In this document: positions 9,204 through 18,851 of the stretch, in pieces | Layout of the letters: every line of letters begins with the position of its first letter | How positions within the stretch are numbered: position 1 is the stretch's first letter | Origin: Bacteroidales bacterium | Lineage (GTDB): Bacteria > Bacteroidota > Bacteroidia > Bacteroidales > UBA932 | Assembly (NCBI GenBank): GCA_024401825.1 | Contig: JAKSKF010000003.1 | Coordinates: 4,948-68,947 of the forward strand | Length of the DNA stretch: 64,000 nt | Reading direction: 5' to 3' | Translations under genes and position numbers: made by a program | Notes under the pieces: generated by a model | What the model was told of the DNA's origin: nothing | The model's input: only the letters and a program-made list of their open reading frames with translations | Databases searched by the model: none

Positions 9204-10502
9204 TTATTCCCCCTTTGCGGCGGTGATGATTACCGAACGGCTGCACTGGGCATCCTGGAAAAACATATAGTCCACTCCGCCGTAATGCTCCGTTGCAATT
9301 TGCTCCGGGTTCACTCCGAACTCGCCGACAAGCACATTGTAAACCGCTTCGGCGCGCTTGCGTGAAAGCATTTCGTTGTGGGCGGCGTCGGCGGTCTGGA
9401 CATCGGCGTAACCGCACACTATGAACTTCTGACCGGGATGGCTCTTGATGTAGTCGGACGCGGCGAGTATGTTGACCTTCTCGCTGGTGGATATCTCCCA
9501 ACGGTCAATCACAAAATTGACGTGTGCCCAATAGCGTCCGCTCAGGTTCCTGAGTTCATCCGCCAGGGCGGCGTTCCTGTCCTGAAGGGCGGCGATGGTC
9601 CTGTCGTTCTCGGCGAGCCTGCGGCTGGCGGCGGCAAGTTCAGAATCCCTGCTGTCCGAGGCCTCGCGCACCGCGCGCTCGATTTCCCTCGCCGTAACCG
9701 CGGAACTTGTGACCGCCACGGACTCGGGAACCCACTCGTGCGTGCTGACCTTCCCGGATTCGTTGTCCTTCCTGCTGACGAAGCCGAACCTGTAGGCGAA
9801 TCCCACGGTTGCTCCAATCATCCCGTCGAGAGGAATGTTTTTATTGTCCCCGGAAACAACATAGTCTATTCCGTTGAAACTGTCGGAGACAAGGGCGCCG
9901 CGAACGCTGAATCCCAGCAGCCAGGCCCTGTTCAGACGCCAGTGGAAGTTGAGACCGGCGTTGAAAGTCGCGCCCACGGCACGGTAGGAGACCTTTGACA
10001 TAGGGAAGATGACACCGCCTCCCAGATAGCCGGTCCAGTCGAATATTCTCCCGGGGTTATATCCCCAGAACAGGTTCGTGAGGTTGAAGTTGGCCTTGGC
10101 GAACACGTTGCCGTACGCTCCGCGGGCCATCCAGGCGCGTCCTCCGTAGTGGGAGTCCGACCCGGAACGGAAGGTGGCCCTGATGTCACCGCCTTCGCCG
10201 GACTCGTCGCGGTAATACAGTCCCTTGTAGCCTGCCGCGTTGAATCCTATTCCTATTCCGAATACGGGAGAAGCCCACTTCTGAATCCACAAATCCAGAG
10301 CCGGGCTCCACCAGTCCTTGACCTTGAAATCCGTGATGGTATATTCAGCAAGAAAAGCCTGCGCTCCGACACCGGCTCCCCACTCCCAGTTCTTGGAGAA
10401 TTTGTTTACCATCATAAGAGTGTCGCCCCTGCTGTCTGTCTCAGCGAGAGCCTGCGCACAGAAGCAGAGCAGAGCGAACAATGATATGAGACATTTCTTC
10501 AT
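9204..10502 (-). CDS. OmpA family outer membrane protein
   Basis: Signal peptide, beta-barrel N-domain, coiled linker and C-terminal VNFVID...GYAD...NEMLSRKRAEAV. Confidence 0.88.
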   Translation of the reverse strand: MKKCLISLFALLCFCAQALAETDSRGDTLMMVNKFSKNWEWGAGVGAQAFLAEYTITDFKVKDWWSPALDLWIQKWASPVFGIGIGFNAAGYKGLYYRDESGEGGDIRATFRSGSDSHYGGRAWMARGAYGNVFAKANFNLTNLFWGYNPGRIFDWTGYLGGGVIFPMSKVSYRAVGATFNAGLNFHWRLNRAWLLGFSVRGALVSDSFNGIDYVVSGDNKNIPLDGMIGATVGFAYRFGFVSRKDNESGKVSTHEWVPESVAVTSSAVTAREIERAVREASDSRDSELAAASRRLAENDRTIAALQDRNAALADELRNLSGRYWAHVNFVIDRWEISTSEKVNILAASDYIKSHPGQKFIVCGYADVQTADAAHNEMLSRKRAEAVYNVLVGEFGVNPEQIATEHYGGVDYMFFQDAQCSRSVIITAAKGE

Positions 10503-10560
10503 AATAACACGCTATTCTAAAAAAATCAACCTGCAAGATAACAATTTCCAACCATATATC

Positions 10561-11232
10561 CTAAAAGGATATCAATTCAGAAAGTCTGCCTATTTCATAA
10601 CGGGCCCTGAATTCAGGAGGGACATCTATGTCTTCACGTTTCAGCGACACGTTGCAGCCCACCCTGAAGGTAGTCCAGCCCAACCTGTTCGGGGAGAGGA
10701 AATCTTTCCTCTCGTTGTCTCCGACATACGTATATGCGCACCCCGGCCAGCGCCTGCGGAAATACTCGAAATTGGCCTCGTCCGGTTTTTCGGAGCCGAA
10801 CTCCTCCGAAATCACTATGGAACCCTCATCAAAGAAATCCGTCAGCCCAAGGGCGCTGATTTTGTTCCTTTGGGTGATGCTCCTCCCGTCCGTTACCAGC
10901 CCCAGTGCGGCGCCGTTTTCCTTAAGGTACGACAGAGTTTCGAAGCTGTCCCGGGGAAGGGTCAGCTCCGGCCGGTGGCAACGGTAAATCCCGACCATAC
11001 GGTCCACCGTCATCCCGGTTCCCAGAGTCCGGGCGATTCGAGCGAACACATTGTCGCACCCGGACATATAAAGCCCGAGCATCTGCTCGAAAATCCCCTC
11101 CGGACTGCGATTCAGTTCAGAGCCCAGTTCCCGCGCGAGCGCCCTGTAACCGGATTTCAGAAAATCCAGCTCCGGATACAGCGTGTCATCAAGGTCGAAA
11201 CAGAAGACGGTGTCACACAAAGACCGCATCAT
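10561..11232 (-). CDS. HAD family hydrolase
   Basis: FDLDDTL, VTDG, KPD and YVGDNERKD. Confidence 0.9.
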   Translation of the reverse strand: MMRSLCDTVFCFDLDDTLYPELDFLKSGYRALARELGSELNRSPEGIFEQMLGLYMSGCDNVFARIARTLGTGMTVDRMVGIYRCHRPELTLPRDSFETLSYLKENGAALGLVTDGRSITQRNKISALGLTDFFDEGSIVISEEFGSEKPDEANFEYFRRRWPGCAYTYVGDNERKDFLSPNRLGWTTFRVGCNVSLKREDIDVPPEFRARYEIGRLSELISF

Positions 11233-12169
11233 CGTATCTGAGCATCAACGCGCCGTCTTTCCAGTCATCGGAATACGGCACTTCTTCACCAAGGAAATAT
11301 TCCCGGACAAGCAGCTCGGGAAAACGGGCCCCCGCGTATTCTGACAGAGGATAGCCCCCACCGAATCTCGGATTGATTTCTATTCCCACAATGTCGTCAT
11401 CGCCGCGGCGGACGAACAGCTGGACACAGATGCATCCCATACAGCCGGGAACATTTGCGAACCTATCCTTCAGAAAAGGCACCAGGAAGCTCTTGCAGGT
11501 CCTTCCCTTGCTGATTTCCCCGGCCCTGACCTCGATTCTCTCCCTCGGCACGATACATTTGACACAAGAGTCCCTGCCGAAGTACATATCCACCGTATAT
11601 TCAGTGTATTCCTTATTGTCGAGCCACTCCATATACATCATCCTGTCGTCGGCGAGCAGTTCGGAGGTAATCTGGTCAGCAGATGAAATGAGCCGGGTTC
11701 CAATGCTGCAGGAGCCGTCACAAGGCTTTGCGAATATCGGGAAGACGGGGTTGTTCATATCCACAGGGCGCGGCACCCTGATTCCCTTGGATTCAAAGTA
11801 GCCCGCAGTCTTTCTCTTGTCCCTGCAAATACTTACAAACGGCAGGTCAGGAACGATAATCCGAACCCCGTTCCCGATGAATTCGTCCTTCAGGGAAGAG
11901 AGCAGGAGCAATTCCGTGTCTATAGTAGGGACCACCATACCTATCCGATACCGTTCACATATACTTCGCAGGATTTCAGGATATTCCGGAGTTGTCACGC
12001 GAGGCACCCCGACACAGCCGTCACTTATGTAGCCGGCCGGAGAAAGGTGAGGAGCACAATCCGTTGTATAAACCTTGGAATCAGGGAAATACGTCTTCAG
12101 CGTCTGCATAAAACTCCTTACCAGCGCCACTCTTTTTCCCGCCGATGTTATGAGGATGTTAGTGTTCAT
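11213..12169 (-). CDS. ATP-grasp carboxylate-amine ligase
   Basis: NILITSAGKR, PTIDTEL, CRDK, KPCDGSCS, EYTVD and EINPRFGGG. Confidence 0.88.
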   Translation of the reverse strand: MNTNILITSAGKRVALVRSFMQTLKTYFPDSKVYTTDCAPHLSPAGYISDGCVGVPRVTTPEYPEILRSICERYRIGMVVPTIDTELLLLSSLKDEFIGNGVRIIVPDLPFVSICRDKRKTAGYFESKGIRVPRPVDMNNPVFPIFAKPCDGSCSIGTRLISSADQITSELLADDRMMYMEWLDNKEYTEYTVDMYFGRDSCVKCIVPRERIEVRAGEISKGRTCKSFLVPFLKDRFANVPGCMGCICVQLFVRRGDDDIVGIEINPRFGGGYPLSEYAGARFPELLVREYFLGEEVPYSDDWKDGALMLRYDDAVFV

Positions 12170-12170
12170 A

Positions 12171-13046
12171 TCAGGTTAAATTCAGTTTCGCCCGGGCAAA
12201 AATTTTTTTGAATATGGAAAACGCCAGTTTATACCTGCTCGGATTCACCCCAAGGGCTGAGAGAAAATCATATCTATCCCGGTAATATGATAAAACCGAC
12301 AAGGGGCTTTTGACGAATTTCTTTATGATTGTCCGGAATGAGCGGGTGAAATTATGGGCATCTGAGACATTGGACGAATGTCTTCGATAGAGCATCAACG
12401 GTTCTTCTATGTATGCCACTTTTCCATAGCAGCAGCAAAGACAGATAACCGCGAAATCGTGGCCGGGACTATTATTCCTCAAACCTTGTCTATAATCAAG
12501 AGCCGCACGTGCGGCATCGTTGAAAATCATCGTGCACCCGAATGACGGTATTGTATTCACTGACAAATCATAAGGGTTGAAAGCATATTTGGGATTTGTG
12601 TGGGAATAATGCCATATCGAGCTGTCGAGGACCGTCATATTTGCATCTGAGACTTCCGCGTTGCAAAAAACACAACAAGGAACATCAGGGTTTTCCGACT
12701 CCAATTCAAGAATCTTCCGCAGACTTTTTTCGACCTTGTCAGGTTTCCAAACGTCATCCTGGTCACAAAACATATAATAATCGGCGCGAGCAGCCGACAA
12801 CAAACATAAAAATGAATCCTTATACCCCAGATTTCCCCTGTCATCTCTGACAACGCGAACCGATTCGGGATATTTTGTTTCATACAAGCGGACAATGTCT
12901 CCCGTATTGTCAGTGGAGCCGTCATCCCTGATATATATTCCGCAACCATATGACTGCGCCAACAACGAGTCCAGCTGCTCGGAAAGAAATTCCGCTCCAT
13001 TGAAAGTTGAAAGCAAGACAGCAACTTTCTTCTCACCCGGCTTCAT
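12171..13046 (-). CDS. GT2 glycosyltransferase (rhamnosyltransferase-like)
   Basis: LLSTFNG...RDDGSTD...FCDQDDVW...GHD...YRRH. Confidence 0.88.
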   Translation of the reverse strand: MKPGEKKVAVLLSTFNGAEFLSEQLDSLLAQSYGCGIYIRDDGSTDNTGDIVRLYETKYPESVRVVRDDRGNLGYKDSFLCLLSAARADYYMFCDQDDVWKPDKVEKSLRKILELESENPDVPCCVFCNAEVSDANMTVLDSSIWHYSHTNPKYAFNPYDLSVNTIPSFGCTMIFNDAARAALDYRQGLRNNSPGHDFAVICLCCCYGKVAYIEEPLMLYRRHSSNVSDAHNFTRSFRTIIKKFVKSPLSVLSYYRDRYDFLSALGVNPSRYKLAFSIFKKIFARAKLNLT

Positions 13047-13050
13047 ATTC

Positions 13051-13962
13051 TTATTTGTCGTTTACTTTGTGCGCCAATCGGGCCTCAAGCAATTTTACAA
13101 TTTCGGCATCCTCGGAACTGATGAACTTTCTTGCAAAACAGCATCTTCCCGCACAAGACAGCAGATAATTCAACTCATCCTGTTTCCAAACATGCGGCGA
13201 ATTTTTCTCATGACTGCGAGTTCTGTCAATAAGAAATGCATTGGATGAGTTGTTCGGGGCATCAAATACCAGATTATCGGCATACGGGGAGTCCATCAAT
13301 ATCGTCTGAATGAATTTTTCATCAGGAGCAAGGGCCCGGCGGAATCTTCTCCTGATTTCGTCCCGTCGTGCCAGAAGATACCGCGCGAACGGAAGAGTGA
13401 CAGAAAACAATGCCGACCCGTAATAAAACCTTATGTCAGTATTGATTTCCAGGCCTAACAGACGTTGAATCCTTACAATTCCGTAGTTGACGGCTTTAAC
13501 TATTTTGTTTTTACGGAACCATCTGTTGTCGCACAAAAAATATTTATACCGGCAGTTGTCGTTTGCCCATTTCTCTTCGGAAAAGTCAACGTTCACAAAT
13601 TCCTTCCCGGAATGATTTCTAAAAAATTCGAGTATTCCTTCATTCGCGGTTATCGGCAAATCCGCATTTTGCAGAAAGTGAAGATACGAGTATGCGCAAC
13701 CGCTGTTGACAACATTATCTATCAGCCGGAGCGTTGCTTCAACTTGAGAATATCCTCCCCAATTTATCTCCATCAGACCGGCATATACTATTTTTGAACA
13801 TTTCATCGGAGCAAGCAAGCCCAATGCATCAGTCAATGAAGGAAAAGACTTATCATCAAACATCAGATAAATGTCATTCGAGACATTATCCAATATTCTG
13901 AGACAAGTATTGACTACATCAAGATTGCCGCTGATTGTCATCAGGTATGCATGCTTCTCCAT
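13051..13962 (-). CDS. GT14-like beta-1,6-N-acetylglucosaminyltransferase
   Basis: MEKHAYL, INWGGYSQV, DLPI, GSALFS, APDEKFIQT and FARKF; start set at ATG 13962. Confidence 0.82.
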   Translation of the reverse strand: MEKHAYLMTISGNLDVVNTCLRILDNVSNDIYLMFDDKSFPSLTDALGLLAPMKCSKIVYAGLMEINWGGYSQVEATLRLIDNVVNSGCAYSYLHFLQNADLPITANEGILEFFRNHSGKEFVNVDFSEEKWANDNCRYKYFLCDNRWFRKNKIVKAVNYGIVRIQRLLGLEINTDIRFYYGSALFSVTLPFARYLLARRDEIRRRFRRALAPDEKFIQTILMDSPYADNLVFDAPNNSSNAFLIDRTRSHEKNSPHVWKQDELNYLLSCAGRCCFARKFISSEDAEIVKLLEARLAHKVNDK

Positions 13963-13987
13963 AACATCAATACGGACAGGACATATG

Positions 13988-14605
13988 TCAGTTGTTTCCG
14001 TCAAAGGGCTCCATAGTTTTCCAAGGCCCGGCGTTCTGATTGATTCCGTCCCGCCTGAGCACATTGCGGACAGTGAGCGCGACGACAGTCAGGTCCGTCC
14101 TGAGGGAACAGTGTTCCACGTACCAGAGGTCGAGTTCAAATTTTTCCTTCCAACTCAGATTGTTCCTGCCGTGACACTGCGCCCATCCCGAAATTCCCGG
14201 CCGGACTTCGTGACGGCGGCGCTGTTCGGCACTGTACAAAGGCAGATACTCCACCAACAGCGGTCTGGGGCCTATAAGGGACATATCTCCCTTCAGCACG
14301 TTGAACAGTTGCGGAAGTTCGTCAACGGAGGTTGAACGGATGAACTTGCCGACCCGGGTAATCCTCTGTGAATCCGGCAGCAGACTGCCGTCCGCATCCC
14401 GTTCGTCAGTCATAGTCTTGAACTTGTACATCCTGAAGACCTTCTCATCTTTCCCGGGCCTTTCCTGAACGAAGAACGCTCCCGCCCCCTTGTTGGCAAA
14501 ATGAAGGCACAGAGCGACTATCGCAAGAAACCAGCCAAGGCACAGCAGGGCCAGCAATGAAACGGTGAAATCAAGAATGCGTTTTATGTGGTTTCGATAA
14601 ATCAT
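13988..14605 (-). CDS. initiating sugar-1-phosphate transferase (PglC/WbaP catalytic family)
   Basis: KRILDF, QERPG, KFKTM, DELPQLFNVLKGDMSLIGPRP and RPGISGWAQ; start ATG 14605. Confidence 0.93.
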   Translation of the reverse strand: MIYRNHIKRILDFTVSLLALLCLGWFLAIVALCLHFANKGAGAFFVQERPGKDEKVFRMYKFKTMTDERDADGSLLPDSQRITRVGKFIRSTSVDELPQLFNVLKGDMSLIGPRPLLVEYLPLYSAEQRRRHEVRPGISGWAQCHGRNNLSWKEKFELDLWYVEHCSLRTDLTVVALTVRNVLRRDGINQNAGPWKTMEPFDGNN

Positions 14606-14612
14606 TATCTGA

Positions 14613-15236
14613 TTAAAGCATCCACTTATTTCCAATATAACGCCCGGGATTCTCAAAATTAATCGGTTTAGCCGGAACACCGACTGCCGTTGCGTTGGAA
14701 GGGATATCTTTCACCACCACGGCACCAGCGCCTATTGTAACATTGGAACCGATATGCACCTCATCCACAACACAAACCATTGGTCCTATATACGTACAGT
14801 CTCCGATAACTCCTGCATTTTTGTCATTACTTCCGATGTTGACAAATTGAGATATCAAGCAGTTGTTGCCAATGACAGTCTCAGGATTAATCACAATCCC
14901 GAAGCACCCATGTCCCAGAACCAAGCCGAAACCTATAGGCGTTTTTGGAGAAATTATGCAACCAAGACGTCTGCCATACAAGAATCGGATACCAGAAAAA
15001 AGCGCCCTGAACATACCTTTCTCATATGCCGCCATCCGTAAATAAAATTGAAATGCCCATCTGTCATCATAAAATGTTTTAAGAAACAGTTTTATGGAAG
15101 ACACCGAATTTCCATTCCCGCCTATTCTGTTATAATCTGAACGTGCAAGAGTCATACAATCGTGATATGATTCGGGAACCGGGATAATAACATCACCCGG
15201 GTCCATCATTCTATTGCTATACGACAAGTATTTCAT
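14613..15236 (-). CDS. serine acetyltransferase-like hexapeptide (LbH) acetyltransferase
   Basis: Hexapeptide repeats IGNNCLI, IGDCTYIG and IGSNVTIGAGAVVVKDIP...VGVPAK. Confidence 0.85.
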   Translation of the reverse strand: MKYLSYSNRMMDPGDVIIPVPESYHDCMTLARSDYNRIGGNGNSVSSIKLFLKTFYDDRWAFQFYLRMAAYEKGMFRALFSGIRFLYGRRLGCIISPKTPIGFGLVLGHGCFGIVINPETVIGNNCLISQFVNIGSNDKNAGVIGDCTYIGPMVCVVDEVHIGSNVTIGAGAVVVKDIPSNATAVGVPAKPINFENPGRYIGNKWML

Positions 15237-15245
15237 AACCTGATG

Positions 15246-16307
15246 TTATTGAAAGATTGATTTCAACACTCTTGAGACAAATACCTTAAAATTTATCCAC
15301 CTCACTTTCTTGAAGTAATATATGCCTTCTCTGAGACGTGCTCTCAAAGATGCGGTCATTGAAGATTCGTTCCAGAGGGAAAGTCCGTCGGCAGTCAAAA
15401 TCAATTTTGAAACATAAAGGGTTTCTTCGTCCGTATCAGAAATATGGAGTGATGATTTTCCTTTTCTGAAAGTATCTCTCAAGGCAATTTTGTCGGCAAG
15501 GACACTGTCTTGTCTGTCAGATTGGAAGAACACATAATGAACTTCGCGACTGCATCCGAAACATTCAGTTGCCTTTGCCTTCACATTTAGAGGGTTAGAA
15601 ACCCAAGATTGTGATTCATATATGCGGGATATGAATCTTGTCAGTGAATCAAGGGTCACCGATATCCGTTTTTCATAAATGACAGTATGGTGTTCTTCAA
15701 GAAAAGCCAAAGCCTTCCGCTTATTTCTTTCCCCTCCCATCCGGGGCCAGAGGCAAGCCACAAAGACATTTTCAGTCCACCCAACCATAACCTGAGCTAT
15801 CGTGTCTGCGACAGGCCAGGGCAGCCCTCTGTCAAGAAAATACCTGTAATCAAAAGGGCACTTGGGCACTACCCCCTGAAACTCGGCAATCACAACATCT
15901 TTATCATAGTATGCCAAGGCCGCCACGCGATGGGAGCCGTCCAGAATGCATCCGTTCTCACCGACAGGAACAAGGGAAATGTTTTCATCAAAATCCTCAA
16001 TACGGAAGCGTTCTATCAAGGAGTCGAAAGCATCGATAAAATCCCGGACAGAATTCTTGTCTTCACGTCCTGGTTCCCTGCGGTCGGGATTGAATGCGAG
16101 AATGTGCTTTTCATAGACTTCACGGGCAAGTTCAACCTGACCGGAGTCACGCTTTTCAATGTAGTATAACTTGGCGAACAGGTCAAAGCGTTCAGGCGTC
16201 AGCAGCGAACGCGCCCTTACCCGTCTCACATTACAGTTACGGGATGCGAGGTCATAGATGCCAACCGTATGCGGTTGCAACCTTTCAAGAATACCGGATT
16301 CTGTCAC
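15246..16307 (-). CDS. hypothetical protein with ParB/Srx-like N-domain and NDK-like C-terminal motif
   Basis: ILDGSHRVAAL and LRDTF...SSLHISDTDEE; translationally coupled within the locus. Confidence 0.6.
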   Translation of the reverse strand: MTESGILERLQPHTVGIYDLASRNCNVRRVRARSLLTPERFDLFAKLYYIEKRDSGQVELAREVYEKHILAFNPDRREPGREDKNSVRDFIDAFDSLIERFRIEDFDENISLVPVGENGCILDGSHRVAALAYYDKDVVIAEFQGVVPKCPFDYRYFLDRGLPWPVADTIAQVMVGWTENVFVACLWPRMGGERNKRKALAFLEEHHTVIYEKRISVTLDSLTRFISRIYESQSWVSNPLNVKAKATECFGCSREVHYVFFQSDRQDSVLADKIALRDTFRKGKSSLHISDTDEETLYVSKLILTADGLSLWNESSMTASLRARLREGIYYFKKVRWINFKVFVSRVLKSIFQ

Positions 16308-17008
16308 AATCTGAAGTCAAGATGTTTGAGACAAACAAGAAAATGCCACACAGACACCCGCGCATCAAACTTCCAATGTTTCCACGCCAGGCAGATGTCC
16401 TTTTCCAGAAGTCTTCTGTCAATATACTTCATTCGAAGAGGCACAAAGATATCTTTCGGGAAGGTGTATGTATATCCATTGGTTTCCATATATGTTTCAA
16501 GCATCCGAATCAACTCTCTCTCTTCATATAACTTCTCCTCAAAGCCCAATGCGGCAGCCAACCAGCAGAGTTTGGTTCTGTAATCCTGCGACAAACGAGG
16601 CTTCTGAAGAATCGAATGGTAGACAAGGGAATAGAAATAATCCTTATTGTCCATTATAAAATATCCGTTGTGCTCAACCTTTCTTAAGAGCATTTCATTT
16701 TGCCATTTCTTACAGTAATAACCATCACCAACCTGACGGATATCCAGACTTACCTCTTCCCCTTTGACTAATATGAAATAATGGGTGCCGTCATTACATA
16801 CTTGAGACGGCTTTCCGGAAAACGGTCGGGCGCCCAGAGCTTTTGCCAACTTTATGGAATCCTTGCACAAGATGTCAATATCAGCGTGGCCGCCCACATA
16901 CATTTCTTCGGACAGAAGATTTTCGAAATTCCTGAGTATCAGAAAATCTGAACAGGAATTCCCAAGAACTTCAACGAACTCTGATATTGAACCGTACTCC
17001 CCCTTCAT
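16304..17008 (-). CDS. putative nucleotidyltransferase (Pol-beta superfamily)
   Basis: LILRNFENL...GHADIDILC...SLDIR (DxD...D pattern). Confidence 0.55.
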   Translation of the reverse strand: MKGEYGSISEFVEVLGNSCSDFLILRNFENLLSEEMYVGGHADIDILCKDSIKLAKALGARPFSGKPSQVCNDGTHYFILVKGEEVSLDIRQVGDGYYCKKWQNEMLLRKVEHNGYFIMDNKDYFYSLVYHSILQKPRLSQDYRTKLCWLAAALGFEEKLYEERELIRMLETYMETNGYTYTFPKDIFVPLRMKYIDRRLLEKDICLAWKHWKFDARVSVWHFLVCLKHLDFRL

Positions 17009-18000
17009 TTGTTTACAGTTATGGACTTATAGCAATTCGGTTTAAGCAGGCGTCCCCAAGCACGTTTTGCAAGGAGGACAATGCATAATGCAGCCGGGCA
17101 ATTCCGCAACCTCCAGGTAAGGTTCTTTTTCAAATATTCACCGAACACCCCGGAATACTGACTGAGAGCATAATCATAATACTTTTCATATTCCAGCCTG
17201 ATTTCCTTATCTGAGTCTGCTCGTCCGCGATGTACAAGTGTAAAAATTGTATTCCACAAGTTATTTGTCATCAGGCCCTCAAGGTCAGGATAATTTTTTT
17301 GGATGAAAGACAATCTTTCCTCACAACCTTTTGCCAGAAACAGATTACGCCCGGAGAATTTCCCGGAGATGCCAGACTCCCTTTGCCTGTAATAATACAA
17401 GGGCTTTGAAACGATTCCATAACGCCTGATACGGTGAATCACAAGATGCTGCCAATATACATCTTCAAAAAAACAACCTTCAGGGAATTTCACTTCCTTG
17501 ACCAACGAAGCCCGGTACAGTTTTCCCCAAGCAAAGTTTTTAATCCTGTCATTGATGACAAGTTCCCGCATCGCTTCCATATTTTCAAGAACAACTTTAT
17601 CGGGAGTCCGAGAATCATAGAGAAGACGGTCTTCATAAGCATAGAAAAAACCTCCCTGGACCACATCACACTCATTGGCTATGGCAAAGTCCAGCAATGT
17701 TGCAACGGCATCTTCAGCCAGCCAGTCATCACCATCCAAATAGCATATCCACTTTCCTGACGCCGCAGCGGTTCCTGCATTGCGCGCCTCGGATATGCCA
17801 TTATGAGAGCTATCAATGACCCGAACATTGGTCTTACCCACGGCAAATTCTTTACAGATATCCAAAGAGCCATCTGTCGAACCGTCATTGACGAGAATCA
17901 ATTCCCAATCGGATTGCATTTGCCTCCCAACGCTTTCCAAACAATCGGGGAGGTATTCAGCGACATTAAAAATCGGGACTATTATGGATACTGTTGTCAT
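17005..18000 (-). CDS. GT2 glycosyltransferase
   Basis: VSIIVPIFN, VNDGSTD, ARNAG, YLDGDD, WGKLY and FEDV. Confidence 0.92.
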   Translation of the reverse strand: MTTVSIIVPIFNVAEYLPDCLESVGRQMQSDWELILVNDGSTDGSLDICKEFAVGKTNVRVIDSSHNGISEARNAGTAAASGKWICYLDGDDWLAEDAVATLLDFAIANECDVVQGGFFYAYEDRLLYDSRTPDKVVLENMEAMRELVINDRIKNFAWGKLYRASLVKEVKFPEGCFFEDVYWQHLVIHRIRRYGIVSKPLYYYRQRESGISGKFSGRNLFLAKGCEERLSFIQKNYPDLEGLMTNNLWNTIFTLVHRGRADSDKEIRLEYEKYYDYALSQYSGVFGEYLKKNLTWRLRNCPAALCIVLLAKRAWGRLLKPNCYKSITVNK

Positions 18001-18851
18001 CAAGCTATTGTTTCAGACACCTCTTCAATATTTACAAATTCAAAATCCTCGAGGAGGGCAATCATTTTGGCGAGGGCTCCGTCCCTGCCAAAATTATCCT
18101 TGAAATGACGCTTGCACCTATTGGCCAAGGAACCGCGCTCCCCGTAATATTCCTCATATTCCTTTCTGCCCGGGACAGGCGTTCTGTCGGGAAGCAGGTC
18201 AGAAATATGGAAATATGTCATACCATAATCCGTCTGAGCCAGTTTCCTTTTCACAAGGGAGTAAGGCATCAGTCTGAAATATCCCCCGCCGGAATATGCA
18301 AACTGTCTTCCGAACACTTTCATCAAAGGGATTGGGAATTCCTTGATTCTGATGCCGCCGGCGTCGATTAGCGTGGGTTTCTGCGGGCCGAAGTTCTCAA
18401 AACCGCCGAAATCCCGTAAGGCAGGATATACTGACGAGTCCCTTTCTATTCCGTTTTCGGCCAATATCCCGAATGCCCAATCATTGCTCTTCCCTATCGA
18501 GAAAGCAGGGGCCCTGTAACTCAGAACCTTCTTTCCAATGCATTGTTCCAGGGAATCAACCGCCCTTCGGGTATCTTCCCGACATTCTTCCGGGGTCATT
18601 CTGCCGAGCCAGATATGGGAGTCGGAATGACACCCCACCTCGTGACCGCGTGCTGAAATCAGCTTCACAACGTCAGGGAATTCACGCGCCATAGCGCCGA
18701 CCACAAAGAAGGTTGCCTTGAGATTCCTCTCATCCAGTTTGTCAAGAATCCGGTCCAGGCACTCATCATACTTCAGATAACACTCCGGACGGTCGGCGCC
18801 GAAATGCTTTTCTATGTACCATTCTTCTATGTCGAAAGTGAGGATATTCAT
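18000..18851 (-). CDS. polysaccharide deacetylase (CE4, DUF3473-type)
   Basis: TFDIEEW, ATFFVVG, HEVGCHSDSH, YRAPAFS and SGGGYFR. Confidence 0.9.
   Translation of the reverse strand: MNILTFDIEEWYIEKHFGADRPECYLKYDECLDRILDKLDERNLKATFFVVGAMAREFPDVVKLISARGHEVGCHSDSHIWLGRMTPEECREDTRRAVDSLEQCIGKKVLSYRAPAFSIGKSNDWAFGILAENGIERDSSVYPALRDFGGFENFGPQKPTLIDAGGIRIKEFPIPLMKVFGRQFAYSGGGYFRLMPYSLVKRKLAQTDYGMTYFHISDLLPDRTPVPGRKEYEEYYGERGSLANRCKRHFKDNFGRDGALAKMIALLEDFEFVNIEEVSETIA

Noticed and set aside
15246-16307. Plasmid/chromosome partition ParB or a defence-system component
   Set aside because: There is no ParA, HTH or mobile-element context, and the gene is translationally coupled to glycan genes.
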